This document shows positions 42,799 to 52,800 of a DNA stretch of 58,347 nt, in pieces. Made by a program: the position numbers and the translations under genes. Source of the DNA: Methanotrichaceae archaeon (GTDB lineage Archaea; Halobacteriota; Methanosarcinia; Methanotrichales; Methanotrichaceae); assembly GCA_963754945.1 (NCBI GenBank), contig CAVWIG010000027.1, positions 1-58,347 on the forward strand, read 5' to 3'. The notes below the pieces were generated by a model. It ran no database searches. It was not told where the DNA came from and saw only the letters and a list, made by a program, of their open reading frames with translations. The stretch's first letter is position 1; each line of letters starts with the position of its first letter.

Positions 42799-44310
42799 CT
42801 ATCGGATAAATATGCCAACTAGGATAACCACGAAGAGCATTATTAAGAACCAACCCATTATAATTTCCAACATCGCCAACTGCCTGCTAAAACCCACTGG
42901 ATAATAGTTAACAGGTCCCTCCGCTGACTTGAACTGAGCGACGCTAAAGTACATGGCGTCGACAAAGGAAACATGCTGTTCCTGGATATCTTCTGTACTG
43001 CCAGGATTTTCTCCGGTCCGCTCGAACCTCTTCATTCCGTTGGTCCCCCAGTAAACAACACCGAAGAAGAGGACTGTGAAGATGCACCAGAAAGCAGCGT
43101 AGCTCACGCGCACGCCGTAGCCACAGGAGAGCCAGGCGACCACATCTGCCAGCTTTGCCCAGCCCAGTGGCTCGTTTGCCCGGCTGATCTGACGGTACTG
43201 ATAGTAACAGTCGTCTGCATCATTGAACCACTCAAGATTCTTGTAGTTTTTGACCAAGGCCAGGTAGGCGGCACCATTGAACTCCAATCTGTCCTTTATG
43301 GTTGACCAGGGTACGACCAACCGTGTGAAGTCCGCATCCTTTAGACTAATTGTCGAATTCTTCCCGAAGGTAGCATTTTCGAGCTGCATGTTGTAGATCC
43401 TGGCGCTCTCAAGGACAAGGTCTTTATTGAATTTCGCGTCAAGGAAGTGAGCATTATCATCGAACTTTGTAACGGCGAAGAACGCAGTGTTTTCAAAAGT
43501 CACGTTGGCAAAGTCAGCAAATCCGCCGAAGCTGGCAAGGCCGAAGCTGGACCCTCCGTAAAAATGCGACGATCGGAAAATGGCGTCTCTGACGAACTGA
43601 GTTCCCGCAAAGTCGGCATCCCCCTTGAAATTGGAGTTCATGAAGATGGTAGTTCCACTGAATTGGGAGTTGGTAATGCTCGCATCTCCGGAGAAGATGG
43701 CACCCATGAAGGTTACGGGCCGGGAGAACTGGACCAGGTCGAATTTGGCTTCTGAATCAAATTTTGAGCCTTCGAAGACGGCATTTCCATCGAACTGGGA
43801 GTTGGCAAAGCTGACCACACCATCGAACCTCGCTCGGCTGAAGGAGACTGCACTGTCGAACCTGGCAAACCTGAAATCCGTATTGCCATAAAATCTCGCA
43901 CCACCAAAGTTCACATCTCCCTGGAACTGGGCTTTAGCAAAGCTTGCATTGCTCTGGAAAGTCGTTCCCCAGAAGTCAATAAGGTCCCCAAAGGTTACCC
44001 TCTCGAAGTTCGCAGGTCCTTGGATTGTGGAGTTGGTTATCGTTACCGACTGGCGGACCGGCCCTGTTAGTTTGCTCAGATCCAGGTTCCCTGAGATGTA
44101 GACGTTATCATAAGACACCGCCTGGTTGGCTTCGATCTCGGTCAGGATCTGGGCTGCTTCGACCTCTTGCTGGTGGCTGATGCTATCCTTCGTCCCTTTA
44201 CTTGGATCCTGCAAGCTCGATGCCTCAGCAGCAGAGGCCAAAAGCAGGAACACAAATAACGCAACAATCCACCTAGCTGATCCGAACATGCCCATCTCCC
44301 GGGTAGACAC
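42799..44310 (-). CDS. pentapeptide-repeat protein with C-terminal 2-TM channel-like domain
   Basis: Signal peptide, many F..A.F...A.F repeats, SCGYG, then TM-DAMYFS-pore-TM. Confidence 0.85.
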   Translation of the reverse strand: MSTREMGMFGSARWIVALFVFLLLASAAEASSLQDPSKGTKDSISHQQEVEAAQILTEIEANQAVSYDNVYISGNLDLSKLTGPVRQSVTITNSTIQGPANFERVTFGDLIDFWGTTFQSNASFAKAQFQGDVNFGGARFYGNTDFRFARFDSAVSFSRARFDGVVSFANSQFDGNAVFEGSKFDSEAKFDLVQFSRPVTFMGAIFSGDASITNSQFSGTTIFMNSNFKGDADFAGTQFVRDAIFRSSHFYGGSSFGLASFGGFADFANVTFENTAFFAVTKFDDNAHFLDAKFNKDLVLESARIYNMQLENATFGKNSTISLKDADFTRLVVPWSTIKDRLEFNGAAYLALVKNYKNLEWFNDADDCYYQYRQISRANEPLGWAKLADVVAWLSCGYGVRVSYAAFWCIFTVLFFGVVYWGTNGMKRFERTGENPGSTEDIQEQHVSFVDAMYFSVAQFKSAEGPVNYYPVGFSRQLAMLEIIMGWFLIMLFVVILVGIFIR

Positions 44311-44369
44311 TTAAGGATATGGTATTTTTGTTCTGCTATTTGATCAATGCTGATGACGAACTCCACTGA

Positions 44370-45593
44370 TCATCTCTTGCTGGTCATGTTTCCGAGAGGC
44401 TCGCCAGATGCGGACGTGACGTTCTCCAGCCCCACTTTGACCAGCCAGGCGTCCTCAGCTCCTGCACCAAAGGAATTTGTTATGCCCGCCATGACGTATC
44501 CACCATCGATGCTCTCAACAACTGAGGTGCCAATATTATCTCCAGGTCCGCCCAGTGGCATTATCCACTGTTCGTTCCCGGAGGGATCCGTCTTTATCAG
44601 CATGGCATCTTTTCCTGCAGCTGGCGAATTCATGCTTCCTGCAATGATGAATCCTCCGTCGTCCGTTTGCTGCAGCGATATGCCGGAGCCATTCTGGCCG
44701 TAATATCTCTCCCACAGCTCCTTTCCGTAGAAGTCTGTCTTCATGAGAAACGCCTTCCTGCCGCCAGAGTCGGCAGACTCCGTCCTGCCTGTGAGGGCAT
44801 AGCCGTCCTTGAGCTCGATCACCTGGAGGGCCACATCATCCTTCTGCCCGCCGAAGGTCCTGTTCCATTGCTCGCGACCCTTGGGGTTGACTTTCAACAG
44901 CCAGATATCGTCGCCTCCTGAGCCAAAAGATGCCGTTCTGCCAGCCACGATGTAGCCTCCGTCTCGTGTCTGGACCACGGACATGCCCACATCGTCTTTA
45001 GGTCCTCCGAAGGTTTTGTCCCACTGCTTATTGCCGACTGAATCGGTCTTTATCAACCAGAGATCCTTTCCTCCCGCACCATAGGATTTGGTGTAGCCGG
45101 TAACGATGTATCCGCCGTCCGTTGTCTGGTCTACAGCCCATCCACCATCCCCTGATGAGGAGACAAAGCCTCCGAATGTGTGATCCCACTCTTTGCTCCC
45201 ATTTGAGTCGGTCTTCAAGAGCCACAGGCGCTCCTCACCGATGCCGTACGACCTGGTGCTGCCGGTTACGATATAGCCTTGGTCCCTGGTCTGTTTGACG
45301 AAATACCCCACATCTTCTTGCGATCCGCCAAAGGTTCTGTTCCACAGTTCGATGCCGCTGGAATCAGTCTTTATCAGCCAGAGATCGCTACCTTCGCCCC
45401 TTGAACTGGTGTAGCCTGCAACTATGTAGCCACCATCATCAGTCGCTTGAAGAGACCAAGCGCCGTCATCGTGGGGACCTCCGAAAGTCCTGCTCCACTC
45501 TGCACGAGGCAACTGGGACCCGTTGGCTGAGGTCGGTAAAAAGGCGATGGCGAGCAGTAGAATCAGCCCACAGGACAATCTATTAATGCGCAT
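44370..45593 (-). CDS. secreted beta-propeller repeat protein
   Basis: Signal peptide and ~7 repeats of W.RTFGG..DD....V.QT.DGGYIVAG.T.S.G....D.WL.KTD..G. Confidence 0.85.
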   Translation of the reverse strand: MRINRLSCGLILLLAIAFLPTSANGSQLPRAEWSRTFGGPHDDGAWSLQATDDGGYIVAGYTSSRGEGSDLWLIKTDSSGIELWNRTFGGSQEDVGYFVKQTRDQGYIVTGSTRSYGIGEERLWLLKTDSNGSKEWDHTFGGFVSSSGDGGWAVDQTTDGGYIVTGYTKSYGAGGKDLWLIKTDSVGNKQWDKTFGGPKDDVGMSVVQTRDGGYIVAGRTASFGSGGDDIWLLKVNPKGREQWNRTFGGQKDDVALQVIELKDGYALTGRTESADSGGRKAFLMKTDFYGKELWERYYGQNGSGISLQQTDDGGFIIAGSMNSPAAGKDAMLIKTDPSGNEQWIMPLGGPGDNIGTSVVESIDGGYVMAGITNSFGAGAEDAWLVKVGLENVTSASGEPLGNMTSKR

Positions 45594-45851
45594 AATCAGT
45601 ATTCATCTGCATCGTTACCAATTTGTAGTTATCGACTAGCATCTGAGATCTGTCTGATGGTGGAACTGTCATCGCTCCAAACCTACATATATGGAGATTT
45701 GTCCGACATCTGGTTGAGGCGATCAGGATAAAGACTGCTGTCATGATCAGAATTGAGATGCTGGACTGAAACATCAATTTGTAATCTAGCCCTTGATGTT
45801 CCGACAAGCTGATCCGCATAGGCATCAATATATGACGGTGAGGTCGATCGA

Positions 45852-46490
45852 TTGATGTTGAATATGAAAAGCTCGTTAAATTCGAGAATTAGACTGATTG
45901 TGCTTATTTTGACAGGCATTGTTCTTATATCGGGCTGCATTCAACCCAAGACGGCGTCATCCAATTTTACCGAACATAAGATCTCTCAACCCTGGAATCC
46001 TGATGGCGTCATCTCCGATGGCGAGTATTCCCGCAACCTGACAATGACTGAGGTGGGAGGATCCGGCAGATCCTTCGAAGTTTACTGGAAGAACGATGCA
46101 CAATATCTGTACATGGCCATGAAAGCTAAGACAACCGGCTGGATTGCCGTGGGTTTCGAGCCTTCCGAATGGATGAAGGATGCAGAAATAGTAATGGGCT
46201 ACGTCCATGATGGAAATGTCACTGTCCAGGACCAATACTCTACAGGTAACTACGGGCCGCACGTCCCGGTCACAGAGCTTGGGGGAACAAATGACATACT
46301 GGAATACGGTGGAAAGCAGGAGAACGGTTATACCATCATCGAGTTTAAGAGAAAGATGGACACCGGCGATAGATTCAACAAAGCTTTCTCGTCGGGACAG
46401 GTGGTGCCCATAATCTGGAGCTTCTCTGATTCAGATTCTATCGAGGTCAAGCATGTTGCTGATGGAAAAGGGAAATTGTATCTTGAATAA
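45852..46490 (+). CDS. DOMON-domain lipoprotein
   Basis: Lipobox-like ISGC; GWIAVGF....MKDAEIVMG, TIIEFKRKMDTGD, IIWS...KH; start codon uncertain. Confidence 0.8.
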   Translation: MMLNMKSSLNSRIRLIVLILTGIVLISGCIQPKTASSNFTEHKISQPWNPDGVISDGEYSRNLTMTEVGGSGRSFEVYWKNDAQYLYMAMKAKTTGWIAVGFEPSEWMKDAEIVMGYVHDGNVTVQDQYSTGNYGPHVPVTELGGTNDILEYGGKQENGYTIIEFKRKMDTGDRFNKAFSSGQVVPIIWSFSDSDSIEVKHVADGKGKLYLE

Positions 46491-46633
46491 TCTTTTTTCT
46501 TCTTCGAATATAGGTATAATTTTCTCCAGGCGAAAACATCTCCGTGATCGCTCGTGGACCGAAAAAAATGATTATTGGGAATCCGCCATTTTCGCCAAGT
46601 AGGTAAAAAAATTTCAATTGACTTTGGGTAGAT

Positions 46634-47347
46634 TCAAATCGATATCCTGATATCGTTTATAGTGACCGTCGAGAAAGGATACTGAGTAGCCAAATAGATC
46701 CTGTCTCCAGCATCGTAAATAGCCCATCCGCCGTTGTTTATATTCCCGTTTGCATTGTAAAAAGCGAGCTTTCCGGGAAGAATCGTTGTAGGCTTGCCGC
46801 TGTCCAGATCCGAATCCCTCACCCTGCTACCAGCTTCATACCCCATATAGCTGGTCAGTCTGATGTCTCCGGAAGTCACTGTGCCAGGATTGGTATTCAG
46901 ATAGACTGGATCGTCGAGACTGTAGCCCTTGTTCCCGTTCACGTCAAAGTACCGCACCTCAGCACTGGGGGAACCGCTACTTCCAAAATGAGATAACGGA
47001 TACCCGAGATCCGGGTCGCCTATATTTACTTGGCTACCAGCCAGGAAGCTACCGAAGGGTGTGAGACGAACATCGTTTTCGTTGACTACTGGTTCATTCG
47101 GGTTTATGTGTATGTAAGCCGGATCACCAGGTTCGAACAGCCCTCTGCTATTCCCATCATAAAAGGCGAACTCAGGATCTACACAAAACAGACTGAGTGA
47201 TTTGCTCTCGTCTGTGTCATGCGGCTCTACCTTGGAGCCAAACCTTAACACGTCTTGAGCAATAGCCGAAAATGAAAGCAAAATAAGGACCACTGCCAGC
47301 AGAGCTAACCGGTGATTTGAAAGGTACACCACTTTTACCCCCATCAA
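46634..47347 (-). CDS. secreted protein with threefold internal repeat
   Basis: Signal peptide; three GS.V...D.D / F.D.NG...Y...D..Y. / V...D.RL units. Confidence 0.75.
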   Translation of the reverse strand: MMGVKVVYLSNHRLALLAVVLILLSFSAIAQDVLRFGSKVEPHDTDESKSLSLFCVDPEFAFYDGNSRGLFEPGDPAYIHINPNEPVVNENDVRLTPFGSFLAGSQVNIGDPDLGYPLSHFGSSGSPSAEVRYFDVNGNKGYSLDDPVYLNTNPGTVTSGDIRLTSYMGYEAGSRVRDSDLDSGKPTTILPGKLAFYNANGNINNGGWAIYDAGDRIYLATQYPFSTVTINDIRISI

Positions 47348-47386
47348 TACTGTAACATAATCTACTTGGAGTGATTTATACTTTTC

Positions 47387-49243
47387 TCAATGCTTGGAAT
47401 CTAGCCTGAAAGGAACGGATGACGACGATGTTTCTCCGTACATCCCAATTAGGTCGATCTCGATCTGGTATTTTCCGGGCTTCCAAAAGCTGGTTTCCCA
47501 GGGAGCTGAGAAAATTCCGTTGCCATCGAAGTCAGCAAGTGGGATCTCCATTGTCTTGTCCGGACCTATGATCCGGCTGTTGACCTCTTTTACATCCCCG
47601 GAAACCTTGGCCTCAATCATAACAGAATCACCCACGGTAGTATTGTACCGGCTGAGATCAACGCTCATCAGCTTTGCACCAGCTAACCAGTCAGGTTTGA
47701 CACCTAAGTCTGTTAATGCGGAGGTGAGGTTCATGGCCCCATAGCCGTAAGTGTCATCAGGTCCGAGATCGCCAAGATCGTCAGCGGTCTTCAGCAGGAT
47801 TCTCTTTACATCCGATGGCTTCAGGTCTGTCTTGGCCTCCAGAAGCAAAGCTGCTGCGCCTGAAACCTGGGGGACGGCCATTGAGGTGCCGCTCATGGGG
47901 CTGTATTGATCCCTGGTCCCTGATAGTGCTGAAACCACGTCCACGCCCAAAGTCACAATGTCCGGCTTTATATCTCCGTTAGGGGCTGGGCCGCGCGATG
48001 ATTGTTCGAAGATGGTTCCCCGGTTGTCGATGGCCCCTACTGTAATCACCTTCTCCGCATCACCAGGTATGACTATGGACCTGGGAGCAGGCCCTGAGTT
48101 GCCAGCAGCCACGCACGTTACAAATCCTTTATCCACCATGTTGTTGCAAGCAAGGTCCAAAAGAGAGGTTCCATCCGCTGGACCCTCGCCCCCCACACTA
48201 AAGGATATCACTTTTATCCCGTAGCGGTCCTTGTTCTCCAGGCACCAGTCCAGTGCCCTGACGGCATCCGAGATATAACAAGCCCCATCTCTATCCATGA
48301 CCTTCACGACCACCAATTTGGCATCCGGGGCCACACCGCCCTGGTCGCCATCACCGGCTATGAGGTCAGCGCAATGAGTGCCGTGGCCATTGTCGTCGTA
48401 AGGCCTGGTTTGGTTGTTCACGAAGTCTTTAAAGGCTATAATTTTCTGGCCCTTGAGAGACTCGTGCTGAGGATCGGCACCTGTGTCCAGTAGGGCAACG
48501 GTCACTCCGTCACCCTTCAGGCTATGCCCTTTCCTGGGGTCGTCTATGCCTTTGGATGGCTGCGAATAATTCCCAGGTGATGCCAGAACCTGAAGCTTCT
48601 TGTCCTCATAGATGCCCTTCACTCCTTTGAGATGAGCAAGCTCGTCCAGCTTGCTGCCGGGGACGGTCGCCGAACTTGCCGGGAGTATGTTGAACCTGTC
48701 CCCACCAGGTATCGAAAGGTTAGCATCGTGAAGAACTATCACCCGAAGGTCCTCATTCATACGGTTCTCAAGGCTGTTCTCGATATGGTTAGCGTTAAGG
48801 CTGGGATCGAGGATGGTCAGGTTGGTGGCCGATTGGGCCTGTGCAGCATTACCAGCTCTATCTATGGCGACAATAGTTACCCTGTAGGTCCCCGGCGGGA
48901 GGTTCGATCCGCAGTAGCCTGTGTATTGGTTTGTTCTCATGAGGTCCAGCATTAGGTTCATGCGATTATCTACCAGGGCATAGACAGTCCTTATGCCTGC
49001 AGGATCGTACACGTTGGCGGTGATCTCGGCCGTGGGATCGCCCACCTTCAGAAAAGATGGCACTACGGTCGCCAAGGTAATGGTAGGTGGAGTAGTATAA
49101 TTTAAATTGGGTTTGAAGAAATTGGCGTACTCAGAGTGGAACCACTCTAGCGCTCTGTCCTCCTGGCCATTTACATGAAGAGCCATGCTGCTGATTACCA
49201 GGCATACCAGAACGAGATAAGGGAGAACATTACGGAAGTTCAC
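47387..49243 (-). CDS. secreted S8 subtilisin-like serine protease with flanking Ig-like domains
   Basis: Catalytic triad LDTG, HGTHCA, GTSMA; oxyanion AAGNSG; signal peptide. Confidence 0.92.
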   Translation of the reverse strand: MNFRNVLPYLVLVCLVISSMALHVNGQEDRALEWFHSEYANFFKPNLNYTTPPTITLATVVPSFLKVGDPTAEITANVYDPAGIRTVYALVDNRMNLMLDLMRTNQYTGYCGSNLPPGTYRVTIVAIDRAGNAAQAQSATNLTILDPSLNANHIENSLENRMNEDLRVIVLHDANLSIPGGDRFNILPASSATVPGSKLDELAHLKGVKGIYEDKKLQVLASPGNYSQPSKGIDDPRKGHSLKGDGVTVALLDTGADPQHESLKGQKIIAFKDFVNNQTRPYDDNGHGTHCADLIAGDGDQGGVAPDAKLVVVKVMDRDGACYISDAVRALDWCLENKDRYGIKVISFSVGGEGPADGTSLLDLACNNMVDKGFVTCVAAGNSGPAPRSIVIPGDAEKVITVGAIDNRGTIFEQSSRGPAPNGDIKPDIVTLGVDVVSALSGTRDQYSPMSGTSMAVPQVSGAAALLLEAKTDLKPSDVKRILLKTADDLGDLGPDDTYGYGAMNLTSALTDLGVKPDWLAGAKLMSVDLSRYNTTVGDSVMIEAKVSGDVKEVNSRIIGPDKTMEIPLADFDGNGIFSAPWETSFWKPGKYQIEIDLIGMYGETSSSSVPFRLDSKH

Positions 49244-49787
49244 GATCTACTCCATATTGAGTTCACATCTTTCTATATAAATAGTGCAGGGAGTGATATT
49301 AGCCGGGTGTTTTGAAGCTCATGTCCCTTCCTAAGTAGGCGCAGAGCATACAACTTCGGAATGAGTCCATTCATCCAATCGTTCAAGGTTGTAAATGCAC
49401 CCGACAAGACACTTTATGTGACTGACACTTTTGATCCTTCTAACCATTTTGGTAACATCAGCCTTGATCGCCAAGCCAGATCGAGAACGAAACTAATCGG
49501 AACATAACTCGGCCGTCGGAGAGCAATGAGACATGTGCTTTAGCGTATCAGACAAAACATGGCTACCTCAGTCGGGGAAAGCAAGGGTGGATACGTATTC
49601 GAGGCATGACAAACGCTCATGGAGCTGGAACTTAAGGAAGCTGGCTAGCCAAAGTTAAGAGAAAATTGTCACATTTGTTGCAAGCTTATTGGAAATTGGA
49701 AAGCAAGAATACGGATTCAGTTTAGCATCAGGAAATGCCACTCTGGACTATAAGCAAAATACAATAAAATTGGACTGAAAAGATTAG

Positions 49788-49803
49788 GGCGGCATCAGCC
49801 GCC
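49788..49803 (-). terminator. hairpin just downstream of the beta-propeller gene
   Basis: GGCGGC-ATCA-GCCGCC, 8 nt past the stop; a related stem follows the 41906 remnant. Confidence 0.4.
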
Positions 49804-49811
49804 ATCCCTTC

Positions 49812-52800
49812 TCAGGACACATAGTTTTCATAGATGTAGATGTCCTTGTTCCCGCTTCTGCTGTCCGTCCAGACGATCTTTCCTGCGCCAATCCGAGGTT
49901 CTGTCTGGTCTCCTGGAGCCTTGCAGATGACCTTCTCTTTGTTCGTGTTGAGATCATAGGCGTATATGTCCCAGTTGCCGTTGCGCTTATCCTGCCAGAC
50001 GATCACTCCGTTCTCCACATCCGGATTGGTGTGCGCGGCTGGCCCTTTGGTTATCCGCATCTCCTTGCTTGTATTGAGATCGTAGGCGTATATGTCCCAG
50101 TTGCCGTTGCGGTTGTCCTGCCAGACCACGGTGCTGCCGTCTGTGGCCGGATTGATGTGGTCTCCCGAGCCTTGGGTGAGCTGGGTCTTCTCCTGGCCGT
50201 TCCACATAAACACGTTCCAGTTTCCGCTGGTCTTGTCCTTTTCCTGGAAGACTACTTTATTCTTCCCTGCCCGGGGGTTGACTCCAGCCGGAGGTATGAC
50301 CTCCCTGGTCTCCATGCCGAATAGGAGCTTCTTGTATACCGACCATCCGAAGTCGGCAAAAGTATCGGCCCATGTCAGATAAGTGTCGCTAATGGACGGC
50401 GCTGACGGCGAGTTCAGCGCCGATACCAGCTCTGAACGGTTGTCATTGGAGGTGTCGAAGGTCCTTATGGCCCAGGATTTCTTGGAAGGATCAGCTTTGT
50501 CCGGAGTCTGAGCCATCCAGGCTATTACAGTGCCAGAGATGGCCGGATACATGTTGTCATACGGCCCCGCGGCCAGAGGCAGCTCGATCTCCTGACCTAA
50601 GCTGTAAACGTACACTTCGGGCTGACCGCTGCGGTTGTCCATCCAGGTCGCGTAGTAGCCCACCAGGTCGTTGCCTCCAACGGAGGGATGGCTCTTGTCT
50701 CCAGGTGCTTTACAGATTATGCTTATCTGGCCAGAGTCCAATGGCTGATACCTGGGCTTGCCCGTCAGGTAATCGAGCCACACCAGCTTCTTGTCCATGC
50801 TGGGCTTAACCTGGCCTGGACCGTCAGCCACCAGCGTGTCCTTCCATGTGCTTGTATCCAGTTTTCGTATGGACGAGCCTTGTGCGGAGTTATCCACGTA
50901 AGCGATATACTTTCCGGAGACTACCGGACTGGTCTGAACTCCCGGTCGGGGATAGGTCCTTCCCCATTTCTTATCCCACATATAATATGAGATGTCTCCG
51001 GTCTTCCTGTCCTCCCAGGCTATTATGTTCCCGGATACATCCGGGTAAACCTGATCACCAGGACCTGTAAGCTTTGTCTCCGAGCTGTTCTTGAGATCGT
51101 AGGCATAGATATCCCAGTCTCCGTTGCGATTGTCCTGCCAGACCACGAGATTGCCGCTTATGACAGGATACATCTGCTGGCCTGAACCCTCCTTCAAAGG
51201 CTTGGATGAATTCTGGTTCAAAGTGTACAGACTGACCTGCCATTTCCCGGATGAGTTGTCCATCCAGACCACTCTGTTTCCGGATATGGATGGCCATAGC
51301 TGGTCTCCCTTGCTCGAAGATAATGCTGACTCCTTGCCTGTGGCCAAGTCCTTCATGTAGACCTCAGCATGGCCACTCCGATAATCGGACCACACGACTC
51401 TACCGCCTGATGCCTTTGGGTATAGTTGATCCGCATCCGAACGGCTTATGGGTATCTCCGATCTATTGAAGAAATCGAATCCGTAGATGTTCCAGATGCC
51501 ACGCCGGTTGTCGCTCCACACCATCAGGCTTCCGTTGGTGCTGGGGAAGTCTTGTTGCAAGAGGAGCAACGGGTCTGCGATGATGTACCTCATCATTATC
51601 TGAGGGTAGCCCTGGCTGCTGTCCATCCAGACCACCTTGTCCTTGCTCAGGATCTTGGAGGACGAAGTAGGTTTTGTCTTGAAGGGGTCCCCCTTCCCAT
51701 CGTTGGGAGCCTGGATCAATGGACGGGTGGCCACAGGAACTTCTTTTGCCTTAACTAAGTCGTAAAGATAGATGTCAGGGTCTCCGCCACGTTCATCCAG
51801 CCAGGCCACATAATTGCCGTAGACACAAGGATAGCCCTGATTGGCAGCATCGGTAACCACTGCTATCTCTTTCTTGGTGGTCATGTTGTAAGAATAGATA
51901 TCCCAGTTGCGAGCATTCTTATCGTTCCTATCGACGTTCCTGCCATCGGCCCAGACTATAGTATCTTTGTAGATCCATGGCTCGATCTGATTGGCATGGA
52001 CGGGAGATATAGGGCTCTCGATGTTGGAAGTCAAATTAAATCCATATATCTGCCATTGGCCAGATCTCTTATCCGCCCAGACGATGATGTTTCCACCGAT
52101 CACCGGGGAAAGCTTTCCTCCTTTTTGAGAAGTTATCTGCCTCTCGGAACTCTTGTTTATGTCGTAAAGATAGACCTGATCGTCTCCTGTTCGTGCATCT
52201 AACCAGACCACATGGTTGCCATCGATCATGGAGTACCTATGGTCGGACTTGTCTTTCGATATCTGCTTCTCCTTTCCGGTGGTCAGATCGTAGAGGAAAA
52301 TATCCAGATTGCCGTTTCGCTTGTCTGTATAGATAACGCGGTTACCGCTCACGTCCGGACTGCTGTGGTCTATTTTGTCGTTGGTTATGTTCTTCTCTTT
52401 GAGGGTTGTTGTGTTGTAAAGGTAGACGTTGTAATGCCCGTTCCGGTTGTCTGTCCAGACGATGTTGTCCTCGGAGATGGACGGATTGGTGTGGTTGTAG
52501 GGTCCAGAGGTTATCTGTGCATCCGATAGTATCTTGAAGTCGTACATGTAGATGTCAGGATCCTTGGGCCCTCTTCTGAAGTCAGTCCACACCACACCTC
52601 GTTCGCCTATGGCTGGCTCCATCTTTATGGACCCTTGGACCAGTTGAAAGTCTTTCTTGGTCTTGATGTCATAAAGCCATACTTCGGTGCCGTTGTTCTC
52701 GTAGGCCACGTAGTCGCCGTAGATCGCTGGCGCTGTCTGGGCCCCTGGCTTGGTCAGGTGGTTGAGGCTCTTAGTAGAAAGGTCGTAGATGGCGATATTA

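Noticed and set aside
45600-45850. CTGA/ATGA-rich stretch as a second C/D-box sRNA
   Set aside because: C and C' boxes are non-canonical and there is no terminal stem
49250-49780. Long intergenic region with a 48-codon ORF (MSPFIQSFKVV...)
   Set aside because: No recognisable motif, RBS or RNA boxes; probably a remnant
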